Shown here: one piece after another, positions 17,296 through 25,248 of the stretch
How positions within the stretch are numbered: the stretch's first letter is position 1
How the letters are laid out: every line of letters starts with the position of its first letter
Made by a program: the position numbers and the translations under genes
Notes under the pieces: generated by a model
What the model was told of the DNA's origin: nothing
What the model saw: only the letters and a program-made list of their open reading frames with translations
The model's database searches: none
NCBI GenBank assembly: GCA_025839675.1
Contig: CP104013.1
Location: forward strand, 2,190,001 to 2,222,000
DNA: 32,000 nucleotides
Direction of reading: 5' to 3'
Source of the DNA: Candidatus Lokiarchaeum ossiferum
GTDB taxonomy: Archaea > Asgardarchaeota > Lokiarchaeia > Sigyniarchaeales > Promethearchaeaceae

Positions 17296-18570
17296 ATGGC
17301 GAAAAAGAGTACGCGGAAAACTACCCGAAAAACGACCAGAAGATCAAGCACCAGTAAGAACTCACAAAAAGAAGTCACGGCCAGCAGAAACCTACGTTCG
17401 GGCTTAACAATGAACCAATTAGTTGCAGTCCGGAACTATTTAACTGAGAGACAGAAAGAAGCCGATCGTGGCGATTTTGTTGCCCCAGAAGGAACGGTTC
17501 AGATCGATGAACTAACCATGGATAAAACTTTGGAGCGGATTGATACAGAAATTCGCAAATTGGTATTTCAAATTGAAAATTCTGGCAATCCCAGCTTTTC
17601 AATTCCTAAACGTTCTGCTTCCAATATTATTTATGATGAAGAACAAGATATCTTATTACTTGGGAATCAACAAACTAATAAAGCACTTCTAACCTTGACA
17701 TCCGCTCAAGATACTACTCGAGTTATGGAAGTCATTAAAATAATTCATGAATTGCTCACTAAACGAAAGCATATGACGAAAAGGGAAGTATTTTACGGAA
17801 ATGTAAATCTCTTCAAAGATCAAAAATTCAGTGATGCTTGCATAGAAGATGTCTCGGCACTATTGCATACAACCCGAAATTCAACCGGAATTGTTGCTAA
17901 AGCCCGAGGATCTGCAGTTGGGCGATTAAGATTAAAGGATGGAAATGAAATCATTGATCTGGATCGTCAAGGCTCGGGTTCGTGGAGTATAACACCCATG
18001 ATTGACAAGGTCGATGTTATCGAATCGGACGCCGAATTTATTCTTGTTCTGGAAAAAGACGCCGCCATGATGCGGATTATTGAAGAAAAATGGTGGAAAA
18101 AATTCCCCTGTATCACCCTCACTGCTGAAGGAGTCGGTAACGTAGCCACCCGTATGTTTCTCAAGAAAATCAACTCGGTTCTTAAACTTCCAACATTCTG
18201 TCTCGTCGATGCAGATCCATATGGGCACTACATCTATTCAGTTTATATCCGAGGAAGCAAACGATTGAGTTACGAATCTCCGTTCTTAGCGACTCCAGAC
18301 ATGCACCTTTTAGGGGTTTTATCTCGCGATCTCGACGAATACGGGGTTGATTACAGCTGTCGAATCCCTATGGATAAAGTCGATATAAAACGCCTAGACG
18401 ATATGTTAAGCGAGCCTTATGTCCGTGCGAATCGTCGCTGGCGGGAAGATTTAGAACTCATGAAGAAGATGAAGATGAAAGCAGAAATACAAGCACTCTC
18501 ATCACATGGGATCGAATATTTAACTGATACCTATTTACCTAACAAATTATATTCAGGAGATTGGATTTAA
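17296..18570 (+). CDS. top6A: DNA topoisomerase VI subunit A (Spo11 homologue)
   Basis: CAP-domain catalytic Tyr in 'MTKREVFYGN' (Y167, codon 17794-17796). Toprim Glu in 'FILVLEKDAAM' and the DxD in 'CLVDADPYGHYI'. It starts 13 nt after top6B. Confidence 0.92.
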   Translation: MAKKSTRKTTRKTTRRSSTSKNSQKEVTASRNLRSGLTMNQLVAVRNYLTERQKEADRGDFVAPEGTVQIDELTMDKTLERIDTEIRKLVFQIENSGNPSFSIPKRSASNIIYDEEQDILLLGNQQTNKALLTLTSAQDTTRVMEVIKIIHELLTKRKHMTKREVFYGNVNLFKDQKFSDACIEDVSALLHTTRNSTGIVAKARGSAVGRLRLKDGNEIIDLDRQGSGSWSITPMIDKVDVIESDAEFILVLEKDAAMMRIIEEKWWKKFPCITLTAEGVGNVATRMFLKKINSVLKLPTFCLVDADPYGHYIYSVYIRGSKRLSYESPFLATPDMHLLGVLSRDLDEYGVDYSCRIPMDKVDIKRLDDMLSEPYVRANRRWREDLELMKKMKMKAEIQALSSHGIEYLTDTYLPNKLYSGDWI

Positions 18571-18571
18571 A

Positions 18572-19147
18572 ATGAAGGTATTTCGATTAGACGATGGGCG
18601 AATTTTACAATTAGCAGATAAAAAAAAGATGGATCATTGGGATGCTGAAATGCCATTGCTCTTCATTGGTGATACTCGAGAAAAACAACTGCCCGAATAT
18701 AAAAAAATCTATCCAAAAGCAGTAGTTCAGGAAATTGAGGATTATTTAGAAGATATTTTAGAATCTGTTGCAATTCCAAAATTGATTAATGCTTTAACGA
18801 GTAAAGTTCTTGAAACACGTTTAAAAGTTGCGGAAAATATTGCTAAATTAAGTGAATCAAATCCAGATCAACTCAAAATTGCACTTCCTCATGTGGAAAA
18901 AGCGTTGCAAGATCCAAATAAGCAGATACAGAAACTCATGGAAACAACTTTAAAAAATTATAAGCGGGCACAAAAGCGAAAGGAAACTGCCAAAAAACGA
19001 AAAATTTTAACAAAATTGCGGAAACAAATGGATATCGTTGATAATGATTTTGCTGATGGAAAGATCAATGATGAGCAATATATGATTGAACAAAAAAAAT
19101 ACTTGGTATTAAAACGCGAAATTGAATTAGCGGAACAAGTGGATTGA
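18572..19147 (+). CDS. Hypothetical HEAT-repeat-like protein with a basic coiled coil and a SHOCT-like C-terminal motif
   Basis: The ATG lies 1 nt after the top6A stop, and an SD-like 'GGAGA' sits inside the top6A 3' end. 'AIPKLINALTSKVLETRLKVAENIAKL' and 'ALPHVEKALQDPNKQIQKLMETTL' look like HEAT repeats. 'KRAQKRKETAKKRKILTKLRKQ' is a basic helix. 'FADGKINDEQYMIEQKKYL' resembles the SHOCT motif. Confidence 0.65.
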   Translation: MKVFRLDDGRILQLADKKKMDHWDAEMPLLFIGDTREKQLPEYKKIYPKAVVQEIEDYLEDILESVAIPKLINALTSKVLETRLKVAENIAKLSESNPDQLKIALPHVEKALQDPNKQIQKLMETTLKNYKRAQKRKETAKKRKILTKLRKQMDIVDNDFADGKINDEQYMIEQKKYLVLKREIELAEQVD

Positions 19148-19154
19148 AAGTAAG

Positions 19155-19751
19155 ATGGCTGTTGTAAAAAAATATGAACATCTGGAAGAATTCATTCATT
19201 GTGTAGACATTGGCATCGATACAAATACCGATTTAGTTCGGTGGACCCGTCCTCAAACAAATATTTTTAGATTGGAGATGTTACATGCCAGAGAAATGGC
19301 AAAACCAGGAATTTATCTTCATATTGAGAAATCGAATCGAAGAACTGTATTTATCCGAAAAGAAAAAATTGTTTTTATTATTGTAGCAGACGATTCGGTG
19401 CAATATCAATTGTTGGAAGCAATTTTAGAAGTGACTATGAAAGCCTTTTTTGATTCCTATGAGGATCTTCTAAGTGGGTTTTTAACTGGGATGACAAACA
19501 TGTTTGGTGGATTTCAAAGCTTGATCACTCCGTTATTTATTAAAGCATTGAAAGAAAATGTAAGATGGATTTCAGCTCACTGCAACGTTTGCAATGCTAA
19601 TCACTCCGTTTGCGTTAAAAAATCATTTATTAATAATGCGCCACGGTACCCAGCATCAATCGTATTCAAACATGAAGGGCATGGTCTTTTAATATATATT
19701 GATGGAGATTTCAAGATAAGGGGTCAAGAAGTAGTTGAAATTACAGGTTAA
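19155..19751 (+). CDS. Hypothetical protein: longin/roadblock-like N-terminal alpha/beta domain plus a C-terminal Cys/His cluster
   Basis: Starts 7 nt after the previous gene. 'KIVFIIVADDSVQYQLLEAILEVTMKAFFDSYEDLL' resembles the beta5-alpha2 segment of longin-type domains such as adaptor sigma subunits (from memory). The C-terminus has 'HCNVCNANHSVC...KHEGHGLLIYIDGDFKIRG'. Confidence 0.6.
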   Translation: MAVVKKYEHLEEFIHCVDIGIDTNTDLVRWTRPQTNIFRLEMLHAREMAKPGIYLHIEKSNRRTVFIRKEKIVFIIVADDSVQYQLLEAILEVTMKAFFDSYEDLLSGFLTGMTNMFGGFQSLITPLFIKALKENVRWISAHCNVCNANHSVCVKKSFINNAPRYPASIVFKHEGHGLLIYIDGDFKIRGQEVVEITG

Positions 19752-19756
19752 AGGTT

Positions 19757-19775
19757 AAAAAAAATTTTAAAAAAA
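19757..19775 (-). terminator. Oligo-T tracts after leuS, in the 33-nt gap between convergent genes
   Basis: A8 (19757-19764) and A7 (19769-19775) on the plus strand read as T7 and T8 runs on the leuS strand, directly after its stop (19787-19785). Confidence 0.35.
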
Positions 19776-19784
19776 CCCGAAATT

Positions 19785-22601
19785 TTATTTAATGCTAAGT
19801 GCAGGTTTTCCAGGAAGGGCTTGGTCTTTCTTTTTATTATCTGAGTTTGTTTCTTTTACAATAATTATTTTGGTACCAAGATCATTTTCGAGTAATGCTA
19901 AATTTTCAGTAAAGAATGCATATTCTTCCTCTTGATTAGGGAAAGGCACTGAAAATTTTCCTGGATTTTTAGAAATTCGCCCCAAAAACCCTTTGATTTG
20001 CTTTCCATAACGCTTCAAATCTGGTTTTGACATGGCATTTTTCATTAAATCCCCAAAATTTTTCCCATCCTTAATCATGGAAAGAGTTTCTTCAGTAAAT
20101 TGATTTTTCCAAGAATCAGCAATAATGATTTGAATTTCCTTTGGAACTTCAATTTTTATCAATTTCTGAATATTTTTGACATCATCTAATACATTTTCAT
20201 AACATTGCCAACGTAATTCGATGGATTCATTTATATACTGAGAATCGAATGCAGGCCATTTACAAAGAGAAACATAGGGATCATGTCCCTTGAGATGCCA
20301 TAATTCTTCACACATATGGGGGACGATAGGGGCAAGCATCAATATTAATGTTTCCTGACATTGCCCAAAAAGTTGTTTATTAGGCACCATTTCACAATAT
20401 TTTCGAAGCACATCAGCGAAACCAATGATTTCATTTAAAGCATCTCGAATTAACATTGTTTGATAAAGTTCCGTCACATTTCTAATCATACGATGCAAGC
20501 GATATTGGATATAACCATCGTAAACATCAACTGAATCCCTGGTTGAAATTGGGATATCATTAACTAGATCCCAGATTTTTAACATAATACGATTGTCGGC
20601 ACTACAACCTGCATCTGACCAATCCATTTCCTTTACAGGATTTGCGGCATGCATAATGAAGAAACGAGCAGTATCTGCACCAAATTCCTCGACAATTCTT
20701 TGGGGAGATATCGTATTTCCCAAGCTTTTGGACATTTTGGCAGATTTTAGAATATATTTTGACCCACATGTATTACAAGTTTCGGTTTCCATATTATATT
20801 CTCCCGTCCAATTTCCTTCTTTGTTATAAGATTTGGGCAAGAATTTGTTACAAGATTCGCAATAAGGATGAGGAAGATTAACCATCCCTTGGGTCAAGAG
20901 TGCTTTAAAAGGCTCATTAAAACTATGCAAACCAAAATCGCGAGTTATTTTAGTGAAAAATCGTGCGTAGAGTAAATGTAAGATTGCATGTTCGATCCCT
21001 CCAATATATTGATCAACCGGCCCCCAATATTCCACATCTTCCTTATTGAATGGAACATCACCTAATTTAGGACTAGTGTATTTTAGGAAATACCAAGAAG
21101 AATCCACGAAAGTATCCATCGTATCCGATTCTCTTCGAGCAGCTTTTCCACATTTAGGACATGAAACATTCATGAAAGATTCACTATGTTCCAAAGGATT
21201 ACCAGTCTTACCAAAAACAGCATCTTGAGGCAATTCAACAGGTAATTGATCAATTGGAACGGGAACTACCCCACATTCATCACAAAATATCATTGGTATT
21301 GGTGTACCCCAATAACGCTGGCGAGATACAAGCCAATCTCGAATTTTATAATTTGTTGTTTTTCCGCCTTTACCAATTTCTTTTAACTTCTCTGCAATAC
21401 GATCAATAGCTACTCGATTCTCAACGCCAGAAAAATCTTCAGATTTATCTAATACACCATCTTCAATAAATGCCCGAGACATTTTCTCCCCTTCAAGAAC
21501 AAATCCATCAAAGGGTTGAATAACGACTTTAATGGGAATGCCATATTTTTTAGCAAATTCAAAATCTCGTTGATCATGAGCTGGAACGGCCATAACTGCC
21601 CCGGCACCATAACCATATATAACAAAATTCCCTGCATAAATGGGTATTTTATCTCCATTCAAAGGATTAATTGCATATTTACCCAAGAAAACTCCTTTCT
21701 TTTCAGTTTCATCAGCCATGCGTTTATATCGATCTTGCTCCATCACTTCTTCATAAAATTCTAGATATTCTGCTTCATATTCAGTATCCTTAACAAATTC
21801 TTTGCACCAAGGATGTTCTGCGGCCATGGTCATAAAAGTGACACCAAAAATGGTATCAACTCGGGTAGTAAAAATACTTAGTGTTTTGTCAGTTCCTTCA
21901 ACAGCAAAATCTGCTACAGTTCCCTCACTTCGTCCAATCCAATTTCGCTGCATAGTTTTTACTTTTTCAGGCCATTCAAGATCATCCAACCCTTGAAGCA
22001 ATTCATCAGCATATTCACGGATTTTGTAAAACCATTGGGATAAAAATTTAGGATTCACATCAGAACTACACCGCCAGCATTTTCCATTTATGACTTGTTC
22101 ATTGGCTAACACTGAAGTACAGCCAGGGCACCAATTCACGAGTGATTCTTTCCGATAAGCCAACCCTTTTTCATACATTTTAAGAAAGATCCATTGATTC
22201 CAACGATAATAATCTTTTTCAATGGATGACACTTCTCTTCGCCAATCGTAGCTATAACCGATTCGTTTTTGATTTTCTTTAATACTTGCAATATTTTTAC
22301 GAGTTGTTATTTCTGGATGAGTTCCTTGCTTAATTGCAGCAATTTCTGCAGGTAATCCAAAAGAATCATAACCCATAGGATAAAGAACATTAAACCCATT
22401 CATCCGTTTAAAACGAGCGAGAGTATCACCAATCGTATAATTGCGGAGATGTCCCATGTGCATTTTACCGCTTGGATATGGATACATTTCGAGGCAATAG
22501 AATTTTTTTTTGGAAGGATCCTTTTCCACTTCAAAGATTTTGGCTTCTTCCCATTTTTTCTGCCATCCAAGTTCAATTTCTTGGGGCTTGTATTCAACCA
22601 T
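19785..22601 (-). CDS. leuS: Leucyl-tRNA synthetase (bacterial-type core)
   Basis: 938 aa. HIGH region '[20 protein letters not shown]' and KMSKS '[10 protein letters not shown]'. Blocks '[24 protein letters not shown]', '[14 protein letters not shown]', '[17 protein letters not shown]' and '[18 protein letters not shown]' closely match E. coli-type LeuRS as I recall it. Confidence 0.95.
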   Translation of the reverse strand: MVEYKPQEIELGWQKKWEEAKIFEVEKDPSKKKFYCLEMYPYPSGKMHMGHLRNYTIGDTLARFKRMNGFNVLYPMGYDSFGLPAEIAAIKQGTHPEITTRKNIASIKENQKRIGYSYDWRREVSSIEKDYYRWNQWIFLKMYEKGLAYRKESLVNWCPGCTSVLANEQVINGKCWRCSSDVNPKFLSQWFYKIREYADELLQGLDDLEWPEKVKTMQRNWIGRSEGTVADFAVEGTDKTLSIFTTRVDTIFGVTFMTMAAEHPWCKEFVKDTEYEAEYLEFYEEVMEQDRYKRMADETEKKGVFLGKYAINPLNGDKIPIYAGNFVIYGYGAGAVMAVPAHDQRDFEFAKKYGIPIKVVIQPFDGFVLEGEKMSRAFIEDGVLDKSEDFSGVENRVAIDRIAEKLKEIGKGGKTTNYKIRDWLVSRQRYWGTPIPMIFCDECGVVPVPIDQLPVELPQDAVFGKTGNPLEHSESFMNVSCPKCGKAARRESDTMDTFVDSSWYFLKYTSPKLGDVPFNKEDVEYWGPVDQYIGGIEHAILHLLYARFFTKITRDFGLHSFNEPFKALLTQGMVNLPHPYCESCNKFLPKSYNKEGNWTGEYNMETETCNTCGSKYILKSAKMSKSLGNTISPQRIVEEFGADTARFFIMHAANPVKEMDWSDAGCSADNRIMLKIWDLVNDIPISTRDSVDVYDGYIQYRLHRMIRNVTELYQTMLIRDALNEIIGFADVLRKYCEMVPNKQLFGQCQETLILMLAPIVPHMCEELWHLKGHDPYVSLCKWPAFDSQYINESIELRWQCYENVLDDVKNIQKLIKIEVPKEIQIIIADSWKNQFTEETLSMIKDGKNFGDLMKNAMSKPDLKRYGKQIKGFLGRISKNPGKFSVPFPNQEEEYAFFTENLALLENDLGTKIIIVKETNSDNKKKDQALPGKPALSIK

Positions 22602-22694
22602 AAGAGTGTAAGTAAGGAGAAATAAAAAAACTTCTCGAAACGTTTTTTTTAAAGAGGTTCGGAGTTTTTATGAGAAAATAATCATTTAACTCTG

Positions 22695-22982
22695 ATGAAT
22701 ATCATTAAGAATAAGATATCGAATAATTCAGCAGATGAATTTTTCCAATCAATAAACAATGTAATTTCAAATTTTTTTAGCCAGCCGAATAAATTTGTGG
22801 TGTATTTAATTTGGAGTCTTATTTTCTTGGGGGTTTTTGGAGTATTCTGGGCATTTTTTCTGAAAGTAAACAATAACATTAAAACTGGAGAACTGATTTC
22901 TCGCCTATTTATCTGTGGGATTCTTTTTTATATCTTGGTGCTTCTAACAAACATACTTGATTTTTCCCTAAGAGTAGAATAA
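22695..22982 (+). CDS. Possible small membrane protein (95 aa, two predicted TM helices)
   Basis: It is the only sizeable ORF in the leuS-glmS gap. 'FVVYLIWSLIFLGVFGVFWAFFL' and 'LFICGILFYILVLLTNIL' are hydrophobic helices. There is no homology evidence. Confidence 0.4.
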   Translation: MNIIKNKISNNSADEFFQSINNVISNFFSQPNKFVVYLIWSLIFLGVFGVFWAFFLKVNNNIKTGELISRLFICGILFYILVLLTNILDFSLRVE

Positions 22983-22985
22983 AAT

Positions 22986-22992
22986 AAAAAAA
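22986..22992 (-). terminator. Oligo-T tract after glmS (candidate terminator)
   Basis: A7 on the plus strand (T7 on the glmS strand), 17-23 nt downstream of stop 23011-23009. Confidence 0.3.
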
Positions 22993-23008
22993 TATTAGTA
23001 TCTTCTTC

Positions 23009-24859
23009 TTATTTAACAGTCACGCTTTTTGCAAGATTTTTTGGTTTATCTGGATCAAAGCCTTTATAATCCGAAACAAAGTAAGCAAGCATCTGTAATG
23101 GTAATACAAAAGGAACGATAGACATCGCAATTGCATACTTGTTATTTTTGATTGGAACTCGAATAGTATGATGAGAGATTTCGGAAATATTTACATCGTA
23201 ATCCGCAACGACAGATATGATCATAGCACCGCGACTTTTCATCTCCATCACATTTCCAATAATTTTGGGGTAAGTTTGATCTGGTGGAGTGATGAAAACA
23301 CATGGAAATCCCTCTTCAATTAGAGCAATTGGCCCATGTTTAGATTCTCCCGCAGCATATGCTTCAGTGTGAATGTAGGCAATTTCTTTCAACTTTAAAG
23401 CTCCTTCAAAAGCAGCCGAAGTTGAAATTCCCCGAGCTAAGAAATATAAATTAGATTTATAGGCAATTTTATGGGCTAAATTAATTAGAGATTTTTCATC
23501 TTTAAGAATCAAAGCACAAGCTTCGGCAGTATCTAATAGTGCAGATTCATATTTTTCGATTTCATCTGTTGTTAATGTATTCGTGAGTGTTGCGATTTTT
23601 AAAGCAACCATAGATAGAGCAGTCACTTGTGTGCAATATGCTTTTTGGGATGCTACTGCAATTTCAGGACCCGCCGTTGTTATTATAACATGGTCTGAAT
23701 ATCGGGTGAGGGAAGATCCAACAACATTTACCACAGAACAGATCTTTACACCGAATTGTTCTTTAGCATATCTCACTGCTTCGATAGTATCGGCAGTTTC
23801 TCCAGATTGGGAAACGGCAATCAATACAGAATTCGGAGGAATAGTTGGTAATGCATCAACTAACTCGGAACACAAAATTCCTTGAATATAAGGACCTCCA
23901 AATTTAGTAATTTGATATTTTCCCGCTATTGCCGCATAATAAGCTGTTCCCGCTGCAGTGATAAATACATGATCAGCATTGAGAATTGCTTGAGCAAACT
24001 CATCAAGATGTTCTTGGGGCATTCTGACTTGATCAATAATTTTCCGAGGGATTTCATGCATTTCCTTATGCATGAACCATTTGTACTCTTTTCCATCAAG
24101 TACTTTTTGAGCAGCATCCATGGAATAATCAACAGTAAAAATTTCTCGTTTGGCTTTTTCTCCATCATCTACGTGGAAAATCTCACATTTTCCAGGATAT
24201 AAAACTGCAACTTCATTATCATCGAGGATTATTGCATTCCTTGTTAAGGGAAGAAATGCTGGAATGTCAGATCCACAATAGGTTGTTTCATCTTCTGTAA
24301 TTCCAATAACAAGAGGTGATTCTTTTCTTGCAACGACCATATATTCGGGATTATCAGCATCACAAACCACAACTCCATAAGCCCCTTTACATAATTTTAC
24401 TGTTTCAATTACAGAATCTTTAAGATCCAAACCAGTTTTGCGAAATTCTTCAATCAAATGAGGAAAAACTTCCGTATCGGTTTCTGATACTAGTTTATGT
24501 CCACGTTCAGTCAATTTTCTTCGCAAATCTTGATAATTTTCAATAATACCATTATGAACAAGCGCAATTTTTCCTGTGCAATCCATATGTGGATGAGAGT
24601 TATTTGCAATTGGAGGTCCATGAGTTGCCCATCGAGTATGCCCCACACCGAACTGACCAGGCATTTTGTCAAACCAGCCATCAGCGTTGATATCAGCAAT
24701 TCGTCCGGCTTTTTTTCTAAGTTCAATTTTACCATTATTTACAAGAGCAATCCCGGCTGAATCATAACCGCGATATTCCATACGTTCAAGACCTTCACGT
24801 ATAAGTTGCGCAACGTTTATGTCTTTTCGTTTACTAATTAATCCAAAAATTCCACACAT
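23009..24859 (-). CDS. glmS: Glutamine--fructose-6-phosphate aminotransferase (isomerising)
   Basis: 616 aa. N-terminal nucleophile 'MCGIFG', then 'YRGYDSAG', 'GHTRWATHG' and 'HNGIIENY'. SIS-domain blocks 'SQSGETADT' and 'HGPIALIE'. The C-terminus 'KNLAKSVTVK' matches the usual ...KSVTVE ending. Confidence 0.95.
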   Translation of the reverse strand: MCGIFGLISKRKDINVAQLIREGLERMEYRGYDSAGIALVNNGKIELRKKAGRIADINADGWFDKMPGQFGVGHTRWATHGPPIANNSHPHMDCTGKIALVHNGIIENYQDLRRKLTERGHKLVSETDTEVFPHLIEEFRKTGLDLKDSVIETVKLCKGAYGVVVCDADNPEYMVVARKESPLVIGITEDETTYCGSDIPAFLPLTRNAIILDDNEVAVLYPGKCEIFHVDDGEKAKREIFTVDYSMDAAQKVLDGKEYKWFMHKEMHEIPRKIIDQVRMPQEHLDEFAQAILNADHVFITAAGTAYYAAIAGKYQITKFGGPYIQGILCSELVDALPTIPPNSVLIAVSQSGETADTIEAVRYAKEQFGVKICSVVNVVGSSLTRYSDHVIITTAGPEIAVASQKAYCTQVTALSMVALKIATLTNTLTTDEIEKYESALLDTAEACALILKDEKSLINLAHKIAYKSNLYFLARGISTSAAFEGALKLKEIAYIHTEAYAAGESKHGPIALIEEGFPCVFITPPDQTYPKIIGNVMEMKSRGAMIISVVADYDVNISEISHHTIRVPIKNNKYAIAMSIVPFVLPLQMLAYFVSDYKGFDPDKPKNLAKSVTVK

Positions 24860-25248
24860 GTTTTACACCGTGTTGAGACAAGTTTCATTAACAATCCGAA
24901 AGGAAATGCTTTTTTTCATTTATTTTATATGAGTAACCAGCACGACTGCACAAAAATTGAAATTTCTCAATATCTGTTTGTTTGCAGTTAGATCAATTAA
25001 ATGAAAAATATATCTTTCAGTTGAATTTACGTATCTACACAACAAAATATGCGTAATATTTTTAAAAATTTATGGGATCAAACATGAGATCATTAATAAC
25101 TCTCAATATTTGACATATTCTTACAAATAATTTTTCCTTTCAATAAAAGAAAAGAAAAATGAAATATTTCTAAGATTTATTTTTGAACCTTTTTAAAAAA
25201 AGGTGTCTAGAAATGAACCTATATGATCGTGTTGGTTTTTGAGTTTTA

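Noticed and set aside
22620-22655. A-run/T-run inverted repeat (AAAAAAAC...GTTTTTTT) upstream of leuS, considered as a regulatory hairpin
   Set aside because: The stem is almost purely A:T, it is not placed after any gene end, and it is the kind of structure that arises by chance in this base composition.
24860-25248. Possible glmS riboswitch/ribozyme or other structured leader upstream of glmS
   Set aside because: The glmS ribozyme is a bacterial (mainly Gram-positive) element. I found only 3-bp stems in the glmS-proximal leader and no conserved-core-like sequence.
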